From Catajapyx aquilonaris (Eukaryota): a stretch of DNA of 42,161 bases. The translations under genes and the position numbers were made by a program. Under the pieces are notes generated by a model. It saw nothing but the letters and a program-made list of their open reading frames with translations. It was not told where the DNA came from and made no database searches. The number at the start of each line of letters is the position of its first letter. Position 1 is the stretch's first letter. Location of the stretch: NCBI GenBank assembly GCA_000934665.2, contig JYFJ02003412.1, forward strand, positions 1-42,161, in the 5' to 3' direction. Shown in pieces: positions 1-13,303 of the stretch.

Positions 1-1389
1 TGACAAAAAAATAATTGCAATTACTATAATTATGACAGCTTACTGTCATAAAGTAATCAACAATAGTTTGAGAAGTTCAAATTAGATTCTTAGAAACGAT
101 GTTTTTTATTGTGTATATTTACCACGAAAAATTCAAGCACAGTATACGTATATACAGTATATGCGAAGGTTTTAAAATTCATGAACGACTAGAGAATGTT
201 CGACTGTTCTTCTATGACAATCTTATCAAACTGAGATTCAATTTCCTTCTCCAAAGCAACCTGCATCACCGAATCAACATACTGAATTGAACTGGGCTTT
301 TCGTGTTTCAATTCCATCGAGGTCTATACAATAATTCTTGTTAGGGTACACATGAAAGTTGTTGTCATCATTACTTTTTGATGGACCTTTTAATTTCCAC
401 ACTCACACTCTTGAGGAAGCTTTCCAAATGTTGGAAATAGGGGAAAAAAGCCAATTACCAATGGTTGTATGCCACTCGGTGGTCTTAATTTCCATGGCTT
501 ATACTGCATTTAACCAAGAAAATCGAATATGTCACCTCCTTTACGTTGAAGCATGCTGCCTTGAAGTATAACAAGGTGAGTAGATCCTAAATTCAAAATA
601 AAAGTGATGCAACATGTTTGGCCAGACAAAAAATCAGCCTCTGTCGAAGCCAAAATTAAAAATTAAAATGTCAGCAATCAGTTAATAATTGCAACATCTA
701 GAAAATGTATGAATTAATGATCCTATACTAGCTAATCTAATATTCCCTATAAACAGGTTACAAAACAGTACTGGTAGCCTATACTTAAAAATATTGTACG
801 ACTAGGAAATTAGAAAACTACAACTATATATAGGGAGAAAAAAACATCCAATCAGCTCCGCTGCCATTAAAAACATTGAGAAATTAGAAAACCACTTTTA
901 TGGCATTTATTTTCTAAGCAAAGAAAAATATAAATGCTGCCATGAGTATATTGAGCAAATTAAGCCATTCCCCATCATGTTTCATTCATCCCCCCCATTT
1001 GAATCATGATATCTATACAATCCCGCTATAAGCGTGCAAATTAGTTAACGGGGAAAAATAACATGCCGTATTACATTTGAAGTGTTAATAAGCAGGAAAA
1101 ATCGCATTTGAAAAAAATTTAATTGTTAAATTGAAACATGAAATTATTTCCTTTTGCATGAGGCTCCACACAATGAATAATTTATATGGACTGCCTCATT
1201 TTCATATAGTAATTTTCATTTTAATACTGCTAGAGCTAGTGGTATATTTTTTCTTCAGCTCTAATTTTTTATGTCATTTAATAGATGTACGTGAACATAT
1301 GCATATTCCTCAATGTAGTATAATTGTCATAATTAGCTAGCAATATATTATTAACTGTACCGTAACACTAATTATTCTGCATTAATTAA

Positions 1390-1475
1390 TGCTTTCTCTT
1401 TGGGCGAATTGTACGGTTAAAACTTTAACACATTGTTAGGCGCTTTAACCGTACAAATCGACCAAAGAGAAAGCA
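1390..1475. repeat. 86-bp hairpin (32-bp inverted arms)
   Basis: TGCTTTCTCTTTGGGCGAATTGTACGGTTAAA (1390-1421) pairs with TTTAACCGTACAAATCGACCAAAGAGAAAGCA (1444-1475) at 30 of 32 positions. An inner TAACA/TGTTA extends the stem. Confidence 0.85.
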
Positions 1476-4400
1476 ATTTGAAAAATTTGTGCCTCGTGAA
1501 TTTTACGCCCTCGTTATAGTGGGGGGGGGGGGGCNAAAAGTTTCCGGTTTCAAAAAATACCTCCAAAATTCTGTAAATTCCTAAAAGGAGTGCCTAAATT
1601 TTTTGAGTATTTGCACGGAACCCTCCCTAAATGTGATCCAATTAGAAACCCAAGCCCGAATTTTTCATTTTCTTTCCTCCCAGTATTTCTCAGAGAATTT
1701 GGCGCTGTTGCCACCCGCTTTAAAACCGCCAGAAAAATCTCCCCTCATATATATACCTTCCTCCACCCCCTCCTCTCTCTCCAAAATGGAGAAGGAGAAC
1801 GACTGCAGATTGCAGGTTTTCAACATCGCTCCAGAGATAAGCCGGCAAAGAAATTGTGAAAGGGGATTATTACTGTAATTTCGCTCCATTTTTGGAGGCA
1901 TCTTGTTAGACGGGCCAAGGATAATTTTTCCGCCCATGAAATATATATTTTTTAAACGCACCGTATGTCACCCCCCATATTTTCCGGAGACATTGTCCCC
2001 CCAAAAAATAACCTAGCGCACGTCCGCCGATGTGTTGATCGCACATGAGCCCAGCCCATGTTTTTTGGTGGGAGTGGAAAATGAAGTTTTGTGTACACAG
2101 TGTGTATAGCACCCCCCCTCTAATTGAATTGGAAGGGCCGAACCCGACAATGGCGAGGGAAGGGAAAGCAACCATTAGGAGCTGCTGATCCAAGCCCGTT
2201 CATCATGGTAGAAATGGCACAGTCGTCACTCTTATCTCAACTCTCTGAGCTGATAGCACTCCCTCCGGGGTCCATGGGATCCAGAGGTTTTGGATTTAAC
2301 CCTCCCCCAATGCACATACATACATAATATTCTCCCGGATTAATACACACTGATATGCAACCTCCCCCTCCTCTAAAAGTGGAATATGATTGCGCTGATT
2401 AGGGTGGAACAATATTTCTGGTTAGGTTGCGCATGTAATGAGTCACGGGGGTCATTCACAGCGGGACGCATATTCATTAACTGGAAGGGGGGGGGGGGAA
2501 GTCATAACCGATTAGTAGTGAGTCACAATGCACTTGCTCCGTTGCTATAAAGTGTATGTGGAAATATATGATGCCTGGCCCATGCGCATTCCTTTCTTCC
2601 AAACCTCGCATCAATTTGGGTGAAAACAATAGGACCTGTCCCCTGCCCCACCTTCTGGCCCACTCCGTTTTGGAGCAAACTTCCGGGACAATTTACCGGT
2701 CCACACTTGTATACAGGGCTTGCCAAAATGTACACGTTTGACATATTTGAACCCACCCTGATGACGTTCGGCTGTGGAAAGCATGGTCGCTCGGTGGGAC
2801 GCATGCCTCCCAGGATACTTCAAACAAACACCTCATAATCTTACAGCAATATGAACGGTAAATGGATGGTGTTACGCAATAATGAGTCAACCCATATGAG
2901 AACAGTTTTGAGATGTCACACCTGTGAAATTAATTCAGTGTCGTTTTCGGTCATTTATGGCAGAAGCATGCAGATTTCGACACTGCGATCCTTTAGGTAT
3001 ATGTTCCTGGGCTTAACTAAATTTTGACATTTTTGTGGGTTGAACCATTATTGCATAACACCATCCAAATGTTGTAAGCATTGTGAAACACCCTGTAGAG
3101 CGTGCCCTGATGTTGATCCCAGTTAATGGCAGAGGCGTGAAAATGATACTCTTTTGTCACATAAGCGGACGTCAGAAGGGGGGGCTGCTGTGTGCCCCCC
3201 CCCCCTTCTCCGGTAATAAAGGCAGCAGCCCCCCCATCCCCTCTCCATCTATAAAGATTCCGGAGGGCGGTCGGTCAGTAATCCTTTGGAGGAAATCCCG
3301 TGGCGCAATCCATTCCGGGTCCATTATCACGTTTGTTTGATCTGGAGCCCACTCATAATTCGGGGCCTCTGGGGGGGCTGACTGATTGGGGCTTTAATAG
3401 GCCCCCCGTCAATCTGACTTGATTAATTAATTTGGCTTTGGCACTTCTCGAGTACGGTTTTTTTCTTCACCTTCTCCCTCCCATTTCTCTATTCTTTTTG
3501 TTAGCGTTCTTAGCAGGAGGAAAAATAATAAAAAAAGAGGTTTCTTCTTAAGTCTTCTGAGACCCACACAGACTCCTTTGGGGGCTTGTGATTGATTGGT
3601 CTTTTTTCTTCTTCTTCTTCTCTCCCACCCATTTTCTCTCTTGACATTTGGCGCACTTGGCAACAGTGTGTAGGCTGCCACCAATCAGCGTCGTGTGTTG
3701 CAGTGTTGCCATTTTTTGTTGTCACCATCCGCAACAATCGATAGACGGTGATATTTCCCCTTGTGTGATGCCAGCAAGGGGGATGCTCACTTCTCCTTCT
3801 ACTATATATCATCATATCGTTGTGGCCCCCGGAAAGCTAGCAGATATTATATTCGGAGTAGAGCGTGGGATTGAAATTTTATTGAAAGCATTTTGCGGGC
3901 AGCTATGGGGGGGGGCCACCCGCAGGGCCCGAGGGGACAAAGCGAGCAATCAGGCTGCCACTATGAGCCCGTTTCCCCCCAGGCCCGCCCAACACGCCCT
4001 ACCCAACACCCAATGCCGACAGATAAGCGCCTATAAAATTATCGGAAGTGCAGCCACGGGCGTTTTGCTACACAATCCTGGGACCACCCCTTCTCCATGA
4101 TGTCGATGCTGGAGAGAGGGCTTTCTATACAACACTACCTTTTTTTATTATTAAATCAAGTTTACATTGCCGAGGATCATGCTTGAGAGCAGCAGCTACC
4201 TTAACTGATATACTGTGTAAATGCGGTTGAAGTCTAGCGTCTTGTGAGAATGGCGTAGATTACCAGGTAAATTCATTCTGGATTCTTTTTGGTGCGGCGC
4301 TATGAGACGTCGAGCGAGAGAGAGTGAGCTGGCCAAATGGTGTTGAAAAAGACAATGGGGAGCTGCTTGGGGGATGCAGGCAAAAGAAGAAGGAAGAAAG

Positions 4401-7400
4401 ATTGTGAAGAATTACGGGGGACGATAAAAGAAAGAAAACTTTGTCGTTAGGTTCCACTTGGCACCTCGAGAAGGATGTAGCGGGGAGATTACGGAGCCGG
4501 CAATTTCCCCACACCTTTTATTCCCGGGGAGCCTTAATTTGAAAATTTTATAGTCTTTTCATGGAGAATACAGCATTATTTAATTCAATTGCCTTGATCC
4601 ATATGGAAACAGGCGCCTTGTCGGATCCCGAGCGTATCAATGAGGCGGGCACTTTTTAGCCTAAAGAAAATGATGGGGAGAGGACCGCGATAAATTTCAT
4701 CCTCAGCAGACAGAAACGCGAATAATATTCTCTTTGTGCTTGGGGGTTTAGATGCGGCGAGTTGCTTACAACAATTTAGCTTGAAAAGTATAGGCAGATG
4801 TTTGAAAAATTTTCTGGTCGTTGTTGGACCACCATGTACGTATATAATGTGGTTGCACAAAAAGGGGGTCTGGAATTAGCCGAGGTGGTCCCAGCAAGTG
4901 AAGATTATTCCTCCTGATTGACGCCTTGTTCGGCTACCTGCAAACATACGCGGGGACAACTGGAACTTAATTCTCAGGGCCACTTGGCTGTCACATAATG
5001 TTCCTCTTATCAGTGGGACACCTTTGTGTGTGTAGAGGGGGGGGGGAGAGGAAGCTTCATGGTAAAAGCAGCTGGCTTCAGACTTGCTTTGCTTGACTCT
5101 CCGCCTACCAGGAGCAACTTCTAAGCCGACTTCTTTTTCAGGTTTAACACCTACGTCGCCGCGGCTCGGACGACGTTTATTTGCTGCATTCATTCCTCCA
5201 ACCTCCCCTTTTATACACAAGAAAACCGCTTTTGGCTGCAGTCATCAGACAGGTGAGAATCAGCCCTGTTCTTTTTTTCCAGTTGGTGCCACCGTTTTTT
5301 TTAAACCGAATAATTTCTTAAATTGGATGCCGAATGTTTTTACTGTTATTCAGACAGGTGTGGAATTTAAAAACAGCATCTGCCGATTTTAATGTGTTTA
5401 ATGTCACTTAACATAAATACACCCTTGCTATAACTCGTGAAGACTATAATAATAAATTATCGAAGCAATTATGCCGATTTGATTGGAATATTTACTTGCT
5501 GAGAAATGACTCTGAGAATAGAGCTATCAGTATTGAGCCAGCTGAAGGAGAAATTGATCCATTATTGTATGCTATTTCAAGGGGTAATACAATGAAAAAG
5601 CAATCACATATGAATTGCTCTTGCATAAGCGCGTGCAAGGCGAATCGAGTCTGCTGATTGTGTATGTGAGCACTTTAGTAAATTCTGTGCAATAGTTTGT
5701 GTCGCAGTGATCGGACATCAGTTTTTCAAAAAGCTATTTCCGGACGACTTCTTGAATAAATGCTAAATATCAAAGGAACCGGGCACTGTTTATTTGAACG
5801 ATCGCCATAAGAGAATAATAACTGACCACTTACATGTTGCCCGCATTCCTGTTCACAAGTATATTACACATGCAGAAAATTAAATATATCGACAATCATT
5901 CGAGTAATAGTTTACTATATAGTCAATTCCGATGAAGGACTTTCTAGTTATTACATCAATTCAATGTCACACGCCACATATGCTGTTTGCATGACTCACA
6001 AGCTCCCAAAGGAGACTATGATCTCAATATTAATTTTTATCTGATAAATACTTTGCTGATGAGTCACAGAAAATATGTTTCTAATTAGCAGCAGAGTTTA
6101 AACGAGCAACATAAGTGCAAACACATCAACATCTGACAAATCAACATGTAGCATTTGGTGAAAACAAAGTGAGCTGCCCATGTATATACCTGCTGCTGCC
6201 TGCATGATTTCATTGGATCTTATCGTGTATGGACCTTGACGATGGTTCAACATCGCCTACTGAATATAGAGTTTATCTCTGTAGTGAAAATGCCTGGGTC
6301 GTGTTTCAATACGAATGAGTCGTGATCGGAACTGGGTGTGAACTGTGAAGCTGATTGCAATATTATGCAGTTAATGTGGGAGGTGGTGAAGGTCCGGTAG
6401 ATCACGCTGTGTTATGATGCCTAGTAATTTGCAGCAGTAAAATATATACCTTAAAGGCATAAGACGGCATACCATCTGCATATCATTCTTAACCAGAACT
6501 TTCTGCAAAATAAAGCTACCGAGTTTTATCGCAATTTTTTTAGCGCCACCTGAAAAACCTTTGCGTTAATTTTTATCAAAATGCAAAAGTGTGAAGTCTG
6601 CACAACCGGAATTGGAACTGCCGGTTTGGTAAGGGTGGTTAAGAGTGTTGGGGGGTGAGAAACCGGAAGTGGTCTCACGTTAAACTGATTATAAATGCAA
6701 AAAAAGTATGTTCCTGGTAGTAACTTCGTGCACGAAAGATGTTAAGTAAACTTATGAAAATTTAATGAGGCCAATATTTTTGCGCGGTTAATATTTTTTG
6801 ACTGCTCGCGTTTGGGGTCATGCAATGCCCCATCCTCTTTTTGTTGTGTTTTTAGAGAACTAAAAGGTTCAGGCCGCCATTAATTCCAGCCACTTATCAG
6901 TAACGGCCATCCAAACATTGGCCTCTTGAGCATAATATGCCAACTCTTCAAGGATGACCGTAAACAGTAAGTTTATCTGAAGAATACTTACAGCATCATT
7001 CATTTGCATAATTTATTATTGAATCCGCGTACTTTTGACTTACAAATCGTAAAAGAATTTGCTCGTAAATTTTGCTGACCTCAGATTGATCATATGCTGT
7101 AATTATACGTTATGGACTGTGTAAGTAGCTATTTCGTAACTATATTTCTGAAAATATCTGGTGACGACCATCGCAGCATCTGACCGGATTAAGTCTCCTG
7201 CGTTAATATCAAAGCTAATTTGCATTTGGAGGGCGTCCATTAGACGTAGGCCAGCCAGAACCCTGCGCAGCTTCCCCTGTAGCCTGCCCTGCCCCCCAGG
7301 GACCATAAACCTGGGAAATCTTCACGACCTTTGGCACAAAGCACAGCCTCTCCCCACCCGCCTCCCCATTTCCCCATTTCAAGCAACAGAGGCGTGTCTC

Positions 7401-10400
7401 TTGCGCCATTCTCTTTGTGATAACAAGTTTCCGCAGGCCCATTTTGGCGCTTAATTCCAGATAATCACCCTTTCAGACCTAATTAGTCCGCTCGTGATAA
7501 GTGGGAGGGAAATGTGGCGGAGAAGGGAGGGAAAGGAGGGGGGTATATATAAGGAGACCTACTATAACCCCCCTTCTGGCCTCCGGACCTCTAAGAAATT
7601 GCCAACAGAGTTCGAAATGCTAAGTGACCCTCGCGACTAACAATAACCCCATCTTGAGTGTCGGCACTAAAATGGGGGAAAGGGAGATAGGAAAGCAAAA
7701 GTGGCCCTGCCATATCTAAAAGCCCCTATCCGGATTTTATGAAAATAGGAAAGGGGTAATACGGTACAAGCGCAGTTCGAGGCCCCGGATCACCCGGATA
7801 TATATATATACAGACACAGGGTGAGACAGAACTTCCAACAGGCAGATGGATCAATACACGTCGAAAATGTAACGGGTCGCCGCGTGTGTCTATAAGGAGC
7901 ACTTGAATGTTTATCGTCCCCTAAGTCGTTACAGGTTGGAGTCACGACATTTCTCACCCTTACATTTTCGACTCGTTTTAGGCCAATCTACCAACTTGAC
8001 GTATGACTCACCCTGTTAGCGACACAACCAGAGAGTTTTCACCACCGTTGTAAGCCTGTAGTGATGGAGCCAAATGTTGAAACCGGGTCCGTAAACATGT
8101 CATGCGGTTCGTCACGTCATTCGGCCAACAAATCAAAATCTAGAAACTTACACCCCCCCACTTAAAAAGAGCTGTGAAGAGGTGTCAGTGCCCTCTATTT
8201 ATACACAGCTTTGCTGAAGGAACCAGCCCTCTTCTTGGGCTTCCAAAAAATGAGGATGGTGAAAAGTTGGTCTGAAATGCATTCAAGCCAAGAGGGGGCA
8301 ACTCGATCTCTTTTTTTTTTGCTTTGGCCTGACACCTTTTCTGAGGAGGGGAAAAGAGGTAAGAGATATCATTAACTTGAAATACGCGCGGTCAACACAA
8401 CACTTTTTGGCTGCTGCTATGCTGCGTGGAACTTAAGAATTAATGGACATTCCTCCTCTATTTTTGGGGGACCCAGCTTCACGAGGGTCTTGTCCTCTGC
8501 CACTGTATACAGTATACAAAAGTTCAAAGGATGCTTCAGGTTCTAAGTTATCAACGTTTGAATCATGCGGCTAATCTCTTACGTTGGAAAGTTACGCCGT
8601 TTCCTCGGGGGGTCGACGCTTCTTGACACACCGATACAAACCCGTCCTTCACATGATCGCTTTTAATTAGGACTCGTTTCCCGTTTCTCTTGATAAATAC
8701 CGACCCGCCTGACGGTCACTCGGCGTCGGCGACTTCTACACACTCCGATAACCTTTCACTCTTTCTTGACGGAAGACGAGCCTTAATCAAGCCAACCCAA
8801 GCAAGCTCTAGTAACACAGGGTCGTATCACAGGTGTCGACAAAAACCAGAAAAGAGGAGAAATCCGGAGGGCACCTCAGCCTGTCAGGACGTCCAATTAT
8901 ATCGTAACCCTCCCATCTGTCATGCTAATAAATTGGGCATCTCCTAGACTAATTTTGGACGTTTCTTCTCCCCTGTCTCTCTGTGTGTGTATACTCTCGA
9001 GGGGCCCTCCAATTAAGTGGATGCCATGTTTCTCCAGCCCGCGACGGACACTCTTAACAAAAGTTTCTCAGTTTCTTGATTGAACCACCCCGAGGCAGGG
9101 GACCCCAAAAACTTCCCCCGCTCCAAAGAAGATTATATAGGACCCTTTTCTTTCATAATCTTGGAGGACGACCCTGCACACTGGTTTCATGGCTTGTACC
9201 ATCCAACTTCCCTCGCATCAAAAGACTTGCTTCAACTTTTATCACTAGTCTTTTTTCCTCTCACAAGACACTGTCGCCTTGATGGGTTGTTCAGCCCCTT
9301 TTCTTCAAAAGTTGCGACGACTTCCGGTAGATGTCTCGTGATTTTTTTTTCCTCAGTCCTCCTCTCCTTATTCTGAGGTCAGCCGTTTAGAGGTCAGATT
9401 CTGGGGGTTAATTGGACTGGCCCTCTTCTGAAGTTTGAAGCTATCGGCCCACAGATGGGATCCGTTACAAATAAACAGGCCTAAAGGCCAGGTCAAGTTG
9501 GTGATGCTCTTTTTTTTTCGCAGGCTTTGATAAGTAGAGGTTTAATCTGGTCGTGATGACAGAATTAGGCGGAAGAGTCAAAAGGGATTGAGGAAGAGTG
9601 CGCGGCTTGTTGGGAGCCTTATCTCAGTGTCCCCTTGACCAAAATTAATCGATTGCATGGTTAGTCTGGAAGCTTGATTATCAACAAACAAGGAAACAGG
9701 GTTGTATACATGCTGACGTGGAGGATTATTATTAACAAAGCTGTCCAATTCATGCCTCACTTTATTTAATCACATTAACGATATAGAAGCGGCAATATAA
9801 TACTATACAGACAGAAAAAACAGTTAAGTCAAGAGCTTTCGTTATACACATAAAATAAACCTATCTGCTTTTACACGTCGAGTGAACATAAGTAAGTATT
9901 TTTACAGCCAAGCGATGACACCGATAGGTTCATTGATGGCACATGCCTTTCAAGGCAGTTAGTTCATGTACAGTATACACTTGCACTTTTATTTTATTTT
10001 TTACAAATAAGAATTATTGCACTAGTGTCGGATCCGCAGGTCCATTTGGCAGAATGAAAATTGTCCTCACAAAAAAAAATCTGCCATTTCGGTGTGTATG
10101 ATGTGTGTGTGTGTAAAAAACAATTTTTGTGGGATGTCTATAGCCATGAGAATTTTTGTCCACACATCATCGACAATCCACGCCTCGAAGGCATGATGAG
10201 CAAACGGCGTTAGAAAATTCCTATCTTATCTCCTCGACCGGGGCGGGGGTGTGTGGGTGTGATTTTTTTTTTCGAGAGTTTAAAAAAAAAGAGTGACTGA
10301 TGGTTCGCAGTGGCGGACAATTTTACACACGGAGAAACGAGCGCTTAAAAAATTTATCTGAGCTTGGTATTACAGCCTTATCTGGCAGGTCCCCGCCGTT

Positions 10401-11700
10401 GGCCCGGTGACAATTTCGGAAAATATTCAGGCTCCGAGGGTTGTATATTCTGTTGTGGTCTGTCGCCCCCTCCACCCCCTAACCCTCTATGCGGTTCCTG
10501 TGTGTGGTCTACGAAGAGACCTATCAGATGGAAAATTCACCCACCATCCTGCCCCCCCTCTCCCCCACTTTCCCACCCCTCATGGTGTGTTCGAGCTGTT
10601 TACGGTCTGCAGTTTCCTGAAATCACGATTTCCCGTGCAACTGCTGATATCCCCTATCAACAATATATTGGCTGCGTTTCCCCAGAGCGGGCATCCTTTT
10701 TCCGCAAAAACCGGTTCGAGCAAGCGGAGAGACTAAGTTATTGCTAATTTCAGCACTGAAAAATAATGCCAGGCAAATGGTGGCATGTATTTCAACCTCC
10801 CCCGCCCCCTCTCTGGAAGGTCTAGCATTGCCTTTATCTAAACGCCCTCTTTTGTCACATGATTACGGGCTTGTCGTTCAAAAAAAAAGTAGGGGGGGTA
10901 CCTGCAGGCAAGGGTGTTTTTGGTGTGTGAAATATTAGGATGAGATATTACGAGGCTTGTGCTCGCATTGGCTGACGGCCTATCAGTTACAATTTTTTGG
11001 GGGGGTGGAAAAGGGTGAGAGCTACTATATAGGGTGGGTGTGTATACAAAACCGCAACTTTTCTCCCACTCGTATATGGAACAGATTTGATCCGAATTTC
11101 TCGACAGTGACGCATGGAGAGCCATATTTTCACACCAAAATAAGCCATCCCCACAGTGTCCTCGGCCCCATACCCCATGGTGGTGGTATAGGAGGGGAAA
11201 CAAACTGACACAACTACGAGAGCTCGAGAAAGAAATATGTACCAAGTTTTTATCTGGTATGCTCGGGTTTTTCTAGTATACAAGCCAGAGTAACCCGTGA
11301 CAAAAGAGACGGACTGTTCCGCATACACGTGTAATCTAGACTCGTTTCACACATATGCCGCTTTCCGCCTGATAATGCCTCTGACCACAGGCCATATCCA
11401 GGAATTGGGAACCTTTTGTGGCGCGTTTGAGGTCGGAGGTTCCGTGTGTATATTTTTTTGTGTGAAGGGGCAAGCGGTTGGAGACCTCTTCCTGCTCTAT
11501 CGTGACAATGAAAATGGTACAAAAATTTTTAGTTTGGAACGAAAAAAATAGTCTCAGGCAATATCATTATGGTAGGGCAGAAACAGCCTGAAGGAATGTT
11601 GCACAACAATTACTTCCCAAAAATCCCCGTAGGCCAAGCCAGATAACCTACTCGGTTAAATTTTTTTTAAACATTCCCCTCCTCATCCTTTGCGTGTCGG

Positions 11701-11706
11701 TTTATT
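11701..11706 (-). promoter_or_regulatory. Candidate polyadenylation signal AATAAA for Msx
   Basis: First canonical AATAAA I found on the minus strand downstream of the stop, about 1.0 kb away. Position is the only evidence. Confidence 0.3.
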
Positions 11707-12733
11707 TCTGACTTTTTGAGCAGACTCGGTGAAAGAAATTTTGTGGCCCGAAGCGCTAACTGGTCGGTGGGTAATTTGCACCTTTCGTAGCCTGAGAAGG
11801 GAGGCTTAATCCTTTTGAACAATACAAGGAAGATCATTTGTAGTTTTCTTCTCCGGGCATAACACGAATTTCACATGAAATGTATAGGCAAAAAAAGAGA
11901 GAAACAGATTTGGCCAGAATTACAGTGGTTTTGTAGCCTACGGAAGGGTATTTTTGCGAGCAACTTAGAGGCCACTTATTCTTGGTTTGCCCCTCGAGGG
12001 ATTTTTCTCAAGCATTAAATTGCTGATTAATTTGTTCACGTGGCAATATTTCCGTGGATTTTTACGAAAACGCCACTGTCTCGAGGTTAATTTGTTCGGC
12101 TGGCTTTTGAGAAGTTATTTGATTGTTGCTCTGTGTCAACCATTTGCTCATCGATACGTCATGTTTCCAACACCGTGCACTTATAAGGTGTCGCATACTC
12201 GAGGGGTGAATTTCTGAACCAATTTCGGCATGTTATAGATGAATTTTTGAACGAGCGCAACCGAGTGCGCACCAACACTCGCGCAAATCCATTGTTACGA
12301 CAACAACGTCACCATACTGTTCAGGTAGCCTGTAAGGTTCGCCATTACAGACTTCCAGAGCCTTGGCAACATCGCAAATGTCAGCCATATTGTTACTCCC
12401 TCAAGGGTTGGAAACAATTTGCAGGAACTATGATGCGCATTCGGTTGCTTTCCTTTCAAAAATTCATATCTTTTTATAAAATTCGGGACCAACATTGCCA
12501 ACATATATGGTAAGACTGTCTTTATCAACAATGCTGTCTGGAAATTGCCTTGAGTGGCGGTACCGTGCGATTTCATGCGACCACACGCGCGGCTACGTCA
12601 CACTTTTCACATGGGTTGCAGGGTGGGGGGAATTAATACTGCATGCGTCACAAATTTTGGTTGTTTTCACTCGGAAAGAAGACTTTTGACGGCTTGTCCT
12701 CACCATCCAAAGATCAGTCTGCAGGGAGTGAGA

Positions 12734-13303
<570 letters not shown>

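Noticed and set aside
6451..6800. Possible TTAA-flanked (Kolobok-like) transposon remnant starting TTAAAGG
   Set aside because: No matching right terminus or TIR found.
10020..10320. TAGTGTCGGATCC / CAGTGGCGGA words resembling hAT-type MITE ends
   Set aside because: Both are in the same orientation, with no inverted partner or 8-bp TSD identified.
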